DNA from: Thermotogota bacterium
Lineage (GTDB): Bacteria; Bipolaricaulota; Bipolaricaulia; UBA7950; UBA9294
DNA length: 19,442 nt
Assembly (NCBI GenBank): GCA_039679545.1
Contig: JBDKUT010000131.1
Coordinates: forward strand, 1 to 19,442
Direction of reading: 5' to 3'
Shown piece by piece: positions 7,241 through 15,673 of the stretch. Each line of letters starts with the position of its first letter. Position 1 is the first letter of the stretch. The notes beneath the pieces were generated by a model. The model was given only the letters and a program-made list of their open reading frames with translations, searched no databases and was not told where the DNA came from. The position numbers were made by a program, and so were the translations under genes.

Positions 7241-8965
7241 ATGGCCATTCGAATCGCAGTGGTAGCATCGTACCTCGGAGCACTTCTCGGCATCGGACTC
7301 CTCGCCCGCGCGAGGAGGAAGAAGGCGCCCGACGACTACTTCCTCGCCTCGCGGACGTTGCCGGGATGGGTCCTCTTCCTCACGATGGCGGCAACCAACT
7401 TCAGCGCGTTCACGGTCTTCGGCTTCTCCGGCGCCGGGTGGAGAATCGGGTACGCGTTCTATCCCATCATGGCGTTCGGGACCGGGTTCATGGCCCTCAC
7501 GTTCGTCCTCATCGGCCACCCCGTCTGGCGGCTCGGCAAGGAGCACGGGCTCGTTACCCCTCCGGAACTGGTCTTCCAGCAGACGAAGAGCCCGGGACTA
7601 CGTCTCGCCTTCTTCCTCGTCATGGCCGCGTTCACGCTGCCGTACCTTGCCATCCAGCCGATGGCCGCCGGGTACGCCCTCGCGTCCCTGTTTGGGATCC
7701 CGTACTACGTCGGGGCCGTTCTCGTCACGGCCGTGATTCTTGCCTACGTTCTCATCGGCGGCTTCCGCGGCGAGGTGTGGACCGACATCTTTCAGGGCGC
7801 CATGATGATCGTCTTCATGACCCTCGGTCTCGCGGCCGTCGCGGCGCCGTTCGGAGGGGTCGCGGCGGCGAACCGAACCGCGGCGACTGAGTTCCCTACT
7901 CTCTTCTCGCGTCCAGGCCTTGACGGAACGTTCACGCCAGGGATCTGGTTTGGATACATGATCCTCTGGTTCCTCTGCGACCCAATGTTCCCGCAGCTCT
8001 TCCAACGGTTCTACGCGGCGAAGAACCCCCGCGCTCTCTCGACGACGATGGCCCTGTATCCTCTCGTGACGGGGTTCCTGTTCCTGCTTCCGGTCGCCAT
8101 CGGCGTGCTCGGACGGCTGTCGTACCCGCACCTTCCCGAAGGTGCGGCGTCGGACCAGATCCTGCCTCTTCTGCTTCACAAACACGCGTCGCCGCTGGTC
8201 GAAACCCTCGTGCTCTCGGCCGGCCTCGCCGCGCTGATCACGACCCTCGATTCGCAGCTCTTGACTCTGTCATCGATGTTCACACGCGACGTCTACGCCC
8301 CCCTGCACGCACGCTTCACGCGAAACCGCACGGAGATCGCGCCACCATCGGAGTGGGTGGGCCGCGCGTTCGTCATCGTCCTTGGTCTTGCAGGACTCGC
8401 CCTCGCGTATCGCCCGCCGGCCACGTTCCTCGAGATCACGACCGAGACGTTCACCGGCCTCGCCGTCCTCTTTCCGACCGTGATCGGAGCGATCTACTGG
8501 CCTCGGATGACGCCAGGCGCTGCGATTGCGTCGATCGTCGTCGGAGAAGGACTCGTCGCCGCGTACCACGTGAAGGCGCTGCCGGCGTTCGGCACGCTCC
8601 CCGTCGTCCCCGTCGTCGTCGCGACGATCCTCGTTCTTGTCGTCGGTAGTTTCCTCACGAAGCGCCGCGAGTGCCGCCAAGCACCCTTGCCGCACGTGCT
8701 GAGTCGCAGGGCGTCCATCGCTTGGGCCGTCGTGCTTGCGCTCCTCTTCCTCGCCTCACAGGACGTGTGGGCGTGGGGCGACGGCCGCCTCGGATGGTTC
8801 GGCTTCCCGTGGTGGGTGTGGTATTCGGCCGGACTGTGCGTCGTGCTTGCCGTCGCATTCTGGACACTCGGAAGACACCTCGAGCGCGGCAACCTCACGG
8901 GGTGCAAAGCAGGAACGCCCTCCGCAACGAAGATCACGGGCTCTAGAAGCCCGAAGGCAGACTGA
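7241..8965 (+). CDS. Sodium:solute symporter (SSS, PutP/PanF family) with extra C-terminal 2-TM module
   Basis: SD GGAGG before ATG 7241. DDYFLASR, ATNFSAFT..GFSG, YVLIGGFRGEVWTDIFQG, PQLFQRFY and AALITTLDSQLL. About 13 core TM helices plus two more. Confidence 0.93.
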   Translation: MAIRIAVVASYLGALLGIGLLARARRKKAPDDYFLASRTLPGWVLFLTMAATNFSAFTVFGFSGAGWRIGYAFYPIMAFGTGFMALTFVLIGHPVWRLGKEHGLVTPPELVFQQTKSPGLRLAFFLVMAAFTLPYLAIQPMAAGYALASLFGIPYYVGAVLVTAVILAYVLIGGFRGEVWTDIFQGAMMIVFMTLGLAAVAAPFGGVAAANRTAATEFPTLFSRPGLDGTFTPGIWFGYMILWFLCDPMFPQLFQRFYAAKNPRALSTTMALYPLVTGFLFLLPVAIGVLGRLSYPHLPEGAASDQILPLLLHKHASPLVETLVLSAGLAALITTLDSQLLTLSSMFTRDVYAPLHARFTRNRTEIAPPSEWVGRAFVIVLGLAGLALAYRPPATFLEITTETFTGLAVLFPTVIGAIYWPRMTPGAAIASIVVGEGLVAAYHVKALPAFGTLPVVPVVVATILVLVVGSFLTKRRECRQAPLPHVLSRRASIAWAVVLALLFLASQDVWAWGDGRLGWFGFPWWVWYSAGLCVVLAVAFWTLGRHLERGNLTGCKAGTPSATKITGSRSPKAD

Positions 8966-10235
8966 CGGCCGCGGACACGTAGCTATTCACCGCTTCCGCA
9001 AAAGCAGCCGCGTACTCTTGGGCGTCCGCCTCGCCCCGCCGCGCCAGCATGCCCAAGCGGAGGACGTTCACGACGTCGTCTCGGGAGCCATCTACCTGCA
9101 ACGCGTATCCCTTCAACGTTTCTTCTCTCGCGGACAGCGCTTCGACGTCGATCTCCACGTCCACCTCGGGCGCTCCCCGGAGAAGCGTCTCGGCGTAGTC
9201 GAGGTCGGCAGAAGTGGCCGTTCGATCGACAACCGCTTGCTTGATCTCCTCGAGGGCGGCGCAGGACTCGCCGCTCAGCAGCGGACGAAGCAGCTCGCCA
9301 CGGAGGTTGAAGGCATCGCGCATGTAACGGTCTCGGATCTCCGTCCCTCGAGGCACGTCCGTCAAACGCGCCTCGGTCGCCCAGTCAGCGAGGTAGCTAT
9401 CCCAGTCGATTCCATAGGCCTCCGAAAATGAGCGGGCGAAGTCGATGGGCTTGTACCAGTTGACCCCCGTGTCACCAATGGGAATCGCCGTCGTCTCGCT
9501 GCAGATCGCCCACAGCTTCTGCGGCCCGCCCAGGCGGACGCAGCGCTCCACAAGGCTGGCTCCCACGTCGTACTCAAGGTAGAACGGAACGGCATCGAGC
9601 GTGCCGCCTGCCCTCAGCCAGAAAGAGACAAGGCTCTGCGAATCCGCGCCGAAGTCGCCGGAGCCGAGCGCGTACCGAGTCCACTCCGCCATCCCCTCGC
9701 GAAAGAGATCGTCCTCCATCCACGTCAGGTTCAGCCCGAAGTGCCAAGTCCGCCACTGCAGAACGTGGGCGACTTCGTGCGCCACGATGGCGAGCCAATC
9801 CCCTGTCGGGTACCCAGACGCGATCACTGCAAAAGGAGACACGGCGCACGGTCCAGGTGCAGGAGCGCCCGTAGGCGCCTTCGGATTGACCCCGCACGCC
9901 CGGGCCATGCCTGAGATATCGAACCGGCCGAACTCCCGCGCCATCAACTCCCAATCCGAGTAGAGCGACACAGAGCAGAGAGGGGATGCGGAGCCGCGCG
10001 CGTTTCTCACAACGTTCGCATCGATGCCCCAGTAGGCGACGATCTCGGACAGCGACTGCTCGATGAGAGCGAGGGGGACCGACGCGTCGACGTCTCCCTG
10101 TACGAAGAGCACGATGTCGGATGACGTCTGAACCGTCCACTCCGCTGCGCCCGCCGCAAGGGAGGGGGATGCGGATGCGACGATCGCGGCCCCTATGATC
10201 ATGCAGACGAGTCCGCGCAAGGTTCCGCCGTCCAT
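8943..10235 (-). CDS. Secreted gluzincin-type (clan MA) metallopeptidase-like protein
   Basis: SD GAGGGGG before ATG 10235. Signal peptide. AHEVAH (HEXXH at 9765-9779) followed by REGMAEW (third ligand Glu). Confidence 0.8.
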   Translation of the reverse strand: MDGGTLRGLVCMIIGAAIVASASPSLAAGAAEWTVQTSSDIVLFVQGDVDASVPLALIEQSLSEIVAYWGIDANVVRNARGSASPLCSVSLYSDWELMAREFGRFDISGMARACGVNPKAPTGAPAPGPCAVSPFAVIASGYPTGDWLAIVAHEVAHVLQWRTWHFGLNLTWMEDDLFREGMAEWTRYALGSGDFGADSQSLVSFWLRAGGTLDAVPFYLEYDVGASLVERCVRLGGPQKLWAICSETTAIPIGDTGVNWYKPIDFARSFSEAYGIDWDSYLADWATEARLTDVPRGTEIRDRYMRDAFNLRGELLRPLLSGESCAALEEIKQAVVDRTATSADLDYAETLLRGAPEVDVEIDVEALSAREETLKGYALQVDGSRDDVVNVLRLGMLARRGEADAQEYAAAFAEAVNSYVSAAVSLPSGF

Positions 10236-10261
10236 CTCAGTCCCCCTCAACAGCGCCGGCC

Positions 10262-11650
10262 TCAACTTGACGGCGGCTCGTACTCTGACAGGGGAAGCCG
10301 CACGGCCGCCGGCACGTAGGCGTTGACAACGTGGGCGAAGCGCCGGGCATACTCCGCCGGGTCTCGATCGAGTTTCCGAACCAACTCGCTGGCCGAGCGG
10401 ACCCTGGCCATGTCGTTCCTGGCCTCGTCGACGCGGACGGCGTACCACGCGAGCGTATCCTCTCGAGCGGTCAGTGCCTCCACGTCGATGTCGATTCCAT
10501 CCTCCGGCGCACGTTGCAGCAGGCTCTCCGCTCGATCGAGATCCTCGGTCATTGCGAGGCCGGCAGCCACGCGCTGCGCAATCGAATCGAACTCCGCGAG
10601 CGTCTCTTGCCGCAGGATCGGCCGGAGAAGCACCTTCCGAAGCTCGAAAGCGTCCTTCTTCCAGCGATCCAGGACCTCTGAGAAGGCAGACCCCGAGGCC
10701 GACTGCGCCTCGGCCGCCCAGTCGGCGACAAACTGAGTCCACGTCACACCGGCTGACACCAGGAACCTCGGGGGGAAGTCGACGGGGCAACACATCGTGG
10801 GGAGTCCTTGGCACGGATACGTCGACTTCTCCTGCGGTGAGAACGTCGCCCAGACGGAGCCCGGCCCAGCCAGTCGGATCCATCGCTCCACCAGGCTGAC
10901 GCCGATCTCGCGGTGCAGGTAGAAGGGAGCGCGTTCCAGTGTTCCGCCCTCTCGAAGCCATCGCAGGATCACGGCCCGATCCTCCGTACTCGTTTCGGCG
11001 GCCTTCCTGATGTAGAGCGCGCTCCACTCCGCCACACCCTCGCGAAGCATCGAGCTCTCCGCCCACGTCAGGCCGTTGGCGGCTCGCCAGCTACGGAGCT
11101 GCAGGACGTGCATGAGCTCCCGGCGCACCGCCGACCACCATGCATCACTCGACGGATCGCTGGTCAGAACGAACAACGGGAGCCGCGCTTCGAACAGCGG
11201 CGGCAGCTCGAACGGCGCGTAGAAGCGGGTCCACAAGAAGAGGCTGGCCCCCGAGACATCGAAGCGATCAACGTCGCGAGCCATGTCCGCCCAGTCGGCA
11301 TAGACAACCAGGGCGAACAAGAAGGACGAGGGAAGGCCGAGTTTCTCACAGGCTGCCAGGAGACCGCCGAGGTCGAGACCCCAGTAGGCTGTGAGAGCGC
11401 CGAGCGCTCGCTCAACGCCCGCCAGCAAGGCCTCGTCCGCAGGGGCTTCTTCGAAGAGGGCGAGGATGTGAGAGGAGCTTTGGACGTTCTCGGTGCCGAA
11501 GGCCGACAGGGGAGGACTCTGGATGTCCGAGCTCGTCGCCCCCGCCGCCAGGGAGAACAGGCTCGCCGCAAACAGCGGGATCACCGCTCGGAGCATGAGG
11601 AGTCTGCCGTGCGGCCATACAGCGCGCCGCCATTCATACCTATGCACCAT
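10262..11650 (-). CDS. Full-length paralog of the adjacent peptidase with degenerate zinc motif (RELMH)
   Basis: SD AGGAG before ATG 11650 (alternative start 11596). Signal-like hydrophobic segment. Collinear similarity to 8943-10235 throughout. Confidence 0.8.
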   Translation of the reverse strand: MVHRYEWRRAVWPHGRLLMLRAVIPLFAASLFSLAAGATSSDIQSPPLSAFGTENVQSSSHILALFEEAPADEALLAGVERALGALTAYWGLDLGGLLAACEKLGLPSSFLFALVVYADWADMARDVDRFDVSGASLFLWTRFYAPFELPPLFEARLPLFVLTSDPSSDAWWSAVRRELMHVLQLRSWRAANGLTWAESSMLREGVAEWSALYIRKAAETSTEDRAVILRWLREGGTLERAPFYLHREIGVSLVERWIRLAGPGSVWATFSPQEKSTYPCQGLPTMCCPVDFPPRFLVSAGVTWTQFVADWAAEAQSASGSAFSEVLDRWKKDAFELRKVLLRPILRQETLAEFDSIAQRVAAGLAMTEDLDRAESLLQRAPEDGIDIDVEALTAREDTLAWYAVRVDEARNDMARVRSASELVRKLDRDPAEYARRFAHVVNAYVPAAVRLPLSEYEPPSS

Positions 11651-11669
11651 TAGTCTCCTATGTGTGCCT

Positions 11670-11698
11670 ACTCTACACTCAGAGACCGGCAGCATCAA
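11670..11698 (-). promoter_or_regulatory. Sigma70-type promoter of the peptidase pair
   Basis: TTGATG (11698-11693), 17 nt, TAGAGT (11675-11670), followed shortly by the SD and ATG 11650. Confidence 0.55.
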
Positions 11699-11733
11699 GG
11701 CTGCGGCACATAGAACGCTCGCACCCGGCGCGG

Positions 11734-12552
11734 CTACTGCGGTGCCTCGGTGGACACCGGCGCGTTCACGTCCGAGAGATCCATGATCCAGAGCAGCGAT
11801 CCGTGGTTCCCGTCTTCATCGATTCCGCTGGCCGCGAACCGGTACCGGATCGGATATCCCGCCTCGGCGATCCACACGTCGGCCGCGGCGTCGGTGACCT
11901 CACCTTCCCAGAACTCCGACCAGCCGAGATAGGTCGACGTGTAGTGGCGCGCAGAGATGCCGTTCACGACTTCGGATCCCACATAGGTAGACGTCGCCTT
12001 CATCCCCTCGGCGAAGTGGCCCCAGCTCATCGCCGGGATGTAGACGAGAACCGCTTGGCTCGCCGCATCGGCCGCCAGGGTTGGCACGGGCGTCCACTCC
12101 GTGCCGTCAAGGATCCACGCACGCTCTCCGACACGAAGGAGGCCGAACTCCTCGCCCGTCTCGAGATCTCTCCACGTCATGCGCTGCCGATCGGGCGCCG
12201 CGACGGCCCCGCGGACCTCGACCGACCCGGATTCAGGTTTGCCCTCGTCCTCGCCCACGAACGAGAACGTCGTCGTGTACCGATAGCTTTGCAGCGCCGC
12301 GAGGGCCGCCGTGGACTGGGCGAAGACACCCTCCAGGGCGGGAACAGTGACGTCTACGGAAACCTTCGCACCGCCGGGCCCCACAGACGCTGCGACGTCC
12401 ACCCCGGGGGTCGTCGACGCGGGTGCCGTGGGTTGCACGGCGGGCTCTGCGATCGGCGTCGATGTCGTCGAAGCTTCCCGATTCGACGTGCAGGCAACAA
12501 CGAGAACGGGCAGCAACACCATCGACATCAAGATGCAAACCTTCATTTTCAC
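11734..12552 (-). CDS. Lipoprotein, probable LolA-like / LppX-LprAFG-type beta-sheet domain
   Basis: Lipobox-like LVVA|C. Pro/Thr/Ala linker. ALQSYRY, YVGSEVVNGISARHY, VWIAEAGYPIR and LSDVNAPVSTEAP are typical of this fold. Start GTG 12552 or ATG 12546. Confidence 0.75.
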   Translation of the reverse strand: MKMKVCILMSMVLLPVLVVACTSNREASTTSTPIAEPAVQPTAPASTTPGVDVAASVGPGGAKVSVDVTVPALEGVFAQSTAALAALQSYRYTTTFSFVGEDEGKPESGSVEVRGAVAAPDRQRMTWRDLETGEEFGLLRVGERAWILDGTEWTPVPTLAADAASQAVLVYIPAMSWGHFAEGMKATSTYVGSEVVNGISARHYTSTYLGWSEFWEGEVTDAAADVWIAEAGYPIRYRFAASGIDEDGNHGSLLWIMDLSDVNAPVSTEAPQ

Positions 12553-12637
12553 GTCGGTACCCCCATCCTCTCACTCTCCTGCCGGCGAGAGAGGACACGC
12601 CAGTCTACGGGACACGTCGCGTCTCGGGCAACGCCCG

Positions 12638-12667
12638 TCGACCGATCCGCGTGAATTCGCGTATACT
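12638..12667 (+). promoter_or_regulatory. Probable promoter of the GNAT leader
   Basis: TATACT (12662-12667) with TCGACC (12638-12643) 18 nt upstream. Confidence 0.5.
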
Positions 12668-12716
12668 GCCGTGCCACTCGCCCTGCGGGTGAGCTTATCG
12701 AAAAGGGGGTGATCGC

Positions 12717-12767
12717 ATGACTGGAACTCGAAGCACGTCGGCGACGCCCCCGGTCTCGTCTCGGTAG
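12717..12767 (+). CDS. Putative leader peptide MTGTRSTSATPPVSSR (16 aa)
   Basis: Strong SD GGGGGTGAT (12705-12713), ATG 12717, TAG 12765-12767. Overlaps a hairpin arm in the GNAT 5' leader. Confidence 0.55.
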   Translation: MTGTRSTSATPPVSSR

Positions 12768-12836
12768 ACAGCGAGTCGCATTCGCGCTCCTTTCGATCGA
12801 GCGGGCCGGGGCGTCCCGGCGCAAGAAAAGGAGCGC
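12743..12836 (+). promoter_or_regulatory. Putative translational attenuator (alternative folds, anti-SD)
   Basis: GCGCTCCTTT (12784-12793) is the exact complement of AAAGGAGCGC (12827-12836, GNAT SD). A competing helix pairs GACGCCCC (12743-12750) with GGGGCGTC (12808-12815). Confidence 0.6.
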
Positions 12837-12842
12837 ATCCCA

Positions 12843-13838
12843 TTGAGTAGCGAAGCAAACCGTTTTGCATTGCGGCCGGCACAGCTTTGCGATGCTGCTG
12901 CAATCGCTGATCTATGGAATCGTCGCGCTGCCCTACGCGGGCAGCCGAACATCTACACCGCCACCGACGTCGAACACCGCTGGTCGACGCCGGGGTTCGC
13001 CGTCGAGACCGACACGCAGGTCGCGTGGAACGGAACGACGCTCGTAGGGTACGGCTCTCTGAGTGATGTCAAGGAGCCCCACGTCGATCTCTTTCTCGGC
13101 CTTGCCCTCGACCCCACCGTCGAAGGCAATGACGGGCTCACCGACACGTTCTTCGCATGGTTCGAAGCACGCGCACAGAAGAGCCTCCCTCGGGCTCCAG
13201 AAGGCGCTCGCGTGGTGTTCGTGGCGGGAACCGACGCGGACGACCGCCGCCGGGAAGAGGTTCTCGTGCGGCATGGCTTTCAACTCGATCGCGTCTGGTC
13301 GAACTTTCGCCTCGAGTTTGAGCGCCGTCCGACCGCGCCGGAGTGGCCGAGCGGGATCGCCGTCCGCACGTTCCGGCCGGGAAAGGACGACGTGAACCTC
13401 GTCCTGGCCTACCGAGATGCATTCCGCAACCACTACGGGTACCTCGAGCAGCCGCTCGAGGCCGAGGTCGAGCGCTGGAGACACTGGATAACGCAGCCTG
13501 ACTTCGAGCCCGAGCTATGGTTCCTCGCCACGGCCGGTGAGGAAATCTGCGGCTACTGCTGTACGTTTGCGGAGTCGCACGGAGACAGGGAGTGCGGCCT
13601 CGTCGATGAGTTCGGGGTTCGCCATGCGTGGCGGCGGCGCGGCATCGGCCGCGCTCTGCTCCTGGAGGCTTTCTGGGCGATGTACGTCCGCGGTCTCAAG
13701 GCGGTCGAACTCACCGCCGTCTCTGGGAACGCGTCGGGTGCCCTGGATCTCTACGTAAGCGTCGGGATGACGGTGGTGCGCCGGGGCAGCGGATTCATCA
13801 AGGAACTGCGTCCGGGGAAGAACCTGGTCGCATCCTAG
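12843..13838 (+). CDS. Tandem-domain GNAT N-acetyltransferase (MshD-like architecture)
   Basis: TTG start with SD AAGGAG. Two GNAT repeats. The C-terminal one has FGVRHAWRRRGIGRALL and ALDLYVSVGM. Confidence 0.9.
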   Translation: MSSEANRFALRPAQLCDAAAIADLWNRRAALRGQPNIYTATDVEHRWSTPGFAVETDTQVAWNGTTLVGYGSLSDVKEPHVDLFLGLALDPTVEGNDGLTDTFFAWFEARAQKSLPRAPEGARVVFVAGTDADDRRREEVLVRHGFQLDRVWSNFRLEFERRPTAPEWPSGIAVRTFRPGKDDVNLVLAYRDAFRNHYGYLEQPLEAEVERWRHWITQPDFEPELWFLATAGEEICGYCCTFAESHGDRECGLVDEFGVRHAWRRRGIGRALLLEAFWAMYVRGLKAVELTAVSGNASGALDLYVSVGMTVVRRGSGFIKELRPGKNLVAS

Positions 13839-13839
13839 A

Positions 13840-13883
13840 GAAGACAACGGCGAGGGGAGGGAAAGTCCCCTCGCCCTGTCTTC
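13840..13883. terminator. Long hairpin between convergent GNAT and orn genes
   Basis: GAAGACA..GGCGAGGGGA-(GGGAAAG)-TCCCCTCGCC..TGTCTTC, forming 10 bp and 7 bp stems. No clear poly-U tail. Confidence 0.6.
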
Positions 13884-13901
13884 GCAATGGAGTCGGTCAC
13901 T

Positions 13902-14447
13902 CTACTCTCGGAAGATCAGCCCGCGGTAGAGACGAAGCTCGTCGATCGAATCGCGGATGTCGGCGGCGGCGCGGTGGCGGACCCCGCGATCGAGCTTCGC
14001 GGCTGCATCGGGGTACCACCGCGCGGCAAGTTCGGCCACCGTGCTGACATCGAGGTTCCGATGCGAGAGATGGGCGTTCAGCTCAGGCATGTAGCGCATC
14101 AGGAAGCGGCGATCGAGCGAGATGGAGCTCCCGCACAGCGGCGAGGCCCCGCACGGAACGTGCTTGCGAACGAACCGCAGCGTCTGCTGTTCCGCCTCGG
14201 AGAGCGAGATGTTCGAACTCCGCGAAGCATCCAGCAGTCCGGAAAGGTCGTGCTGTCGATGGCTCCATGAATCGATCCGGGATAGGACGTCATCCGGATG
14301 ATGGACAACGAGCACAGGCCCCTCGCCGAGGAGGTACAGATCCTTGTCGGTGACGAGGCTCGCAATCTCGAGGATGACGCGGCTGCCCACGCTGAGACCC
14401 GTCGTCTCGAGATCGATCCAGATGAGGTTGCTTGAGTCTCGAGACAC
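13902..14447 (-). CDS. orn: Oligoribonuclease (DEDDh exonuclease)
   Basis: 181 aa from GTG 14447. NLIWIDLETTGL, ILEIASLVTD, H..SGL, PLCGSSI..DRRFL..YMPEL, LDVST and HRA..DIRDSIDEL. Confidence 0.92.
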   Translation of the reverse strand: MSRDSSNLIWIDLETTGLSVGSRVILEIASLVTDKDLYLLGEGPVLVVHHPDDVLSRIDSWSHRQHDLSGLLDASRSSNISLSEAEQQTLRFVRKHVPCGASPLCGSSISLDRRFLMRYMPELNAHLSHRNLDVSTVAELAARWYPDAAAKLDRGVRHRAAADIRDSIDELRLYRGLIFRE

Positions 14448-14592
14448 CGCTTTCAACGCCTTCCTTCCCCCCCCGGTCGCGCGGAACAGCAGCAGGCCCC
14501 GCTGCAAGCCCATGGAGCTCACAAAGTATGTGCGACCCGATCGCGGAACGCGAGGGCGAAGGACCGTGCTCGCCCGCCGCACGACACAAGTG

Positions 14593-14601
14593 TGCTAGAC
14601 T
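14593..14601 (+). promoter_or_regulatory. Extended -10 element
   Basis: TG-C-TAGACT, 9 nt before ATG 14611. No SD. Confidence 0.45.
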
Positions 14602-14610
14602 GTCCGCAAG

Positions 14611-15618
14611 ATGCGGGCTACGACAAGATCGTGGATCGCAGCGCTCTTGGCCGGCACCGTCGCGTGCGGGGCCGCCGTCTTTTTCCTCGCCTCGTGCGCT
14701 CCGAACGTACCCGACGAGGAGCCGGCTCTGCGCTTCGGAGCTCTTCTCTGGGACGGCCTCAGTCGCACCTACGCCGTGTACGCGCCGGCGTCTCCCGAGA
14801 CGCCCGCCCCGGTGGTCTTCCTTCTGCACGGCGGACTCGGCAGCGCAGAAAGCGTCTGGGAGAGCGAGAACGGGCGGTCGTGGAAGACGCTGGCCGACGA
14901 GCATGGGGTCCTCCTCGTTCTTCCAGAGGGCCGACCGGATCCAACCCATACCGACCGACACCACTGGAACGACTGCCGCTCGGACATCGACAATGAGGAT
15001 GCCATCTCCGCGGAAGACGACGTCGGATACATCAATGCCCTCATCAACCGCCTGGCCACGGAGACCGCCGTCGACCCCGCGAGGATCTACGTGACCGGCG
15101 CATCGAACGGGGGGATGATGACGTTCCGCCTCGCGATGCAGCTTGGGGACCGCTTCGCGGCGGCGGGGGCCGTCATCGCCAATCTACCGGACCCCTCGGA
15201 GTGCCCGTTCCAGGCTGCGCCTCTGCCGATTCTGATCATGAACGGAACCGCGGATCCCGTGATCCCGTACGACGGCGGCTGCGTCGCCGGGGCGGCGTGC
15301 CGCCGCGGCCGCGTGCGCTCCACCGATGATACCGTGGCCTTCTGGGTGGGTGTGAACGATGCCCAGGTTTCCGCAGAGGAGACCACCCTCCCCGATCGAG
15401 TTGCCGCCGACGGTTCGACCGTCACCGTGTTCACGCACCGCGGGGGCTCGACAGGCAAGAACGTCATCCTTTATCGGATCGACAGCGGCGGCCACGCGAT
15501 CCCAGGCCCGGAATCGGCGACCGCGTCCCTTCGAGCCGCCTCGCGGAAGAACCGCGACATCGACGCAGCGGAGGAGATCTGGCGGTTCTTCGAGCAGCAC
15601 GCGCGCCCCTCGGAGTAG
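14611..15618 (+). CDS. LpqC / PHB-depolymerase family esterase, probably lipoprotein or membrane-anchored
   Basis: LAS|C lipobox-like. VVFLLHGG, WND, DDVGYI, DPARIYVTGASNGGMM, NGTADPVIPYDGG, GGHAIPG and IDAAEEIWRFF. Confidence 0.9.
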   Translation: MRATTRSWIAALLAGTVACGAAVFFLASCAPNVPDEEPALRFGALLWDGLSRTYAVYAPASPETPAPVVFLLHGGLGSAESVWESENGRSWKTLADEHGVLLVLPEGRPDPTHTDRHHWNDCRSDIDNEDAISAEDDVGYINALINRLATETAVDPARIYVTGASNGGMMTFRLAMQLGDRFAAAGAVIANLPDPSECPFQAAPLPILIMNGTADPVIPYDGGCVAGAACRRGRVRSTDDTVAFWVGVNDAQVSAEETTLPDRVAADGSTVTVFTHRGGSTGKNVILYRIDSGGHAIPGPESATASLRAASRKNRDIDAAEEIWRFFEQHARPSE

Positions 15619-15673
15619 CGGTCCGCTCTCCACTGAACCTCGTACAATGACTTCCACCGCGGGAGGTGGTGTT

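Noticed and set aside
8943..11066. 707-aa ORF suggesting a fusion or frameshift of the two peptidase genes
   Set aside because: The N-terminal 277 aa are Arg/Gly-rich off-frame translation over the paralog. A good SD, ATG and signal peptide exist at 10235.
12843..13838. Calling the GNAT mycothiol synthase (mshD)
   Set aside because: Only the tandem architecture is shared. There is no mycothiol pathway context.
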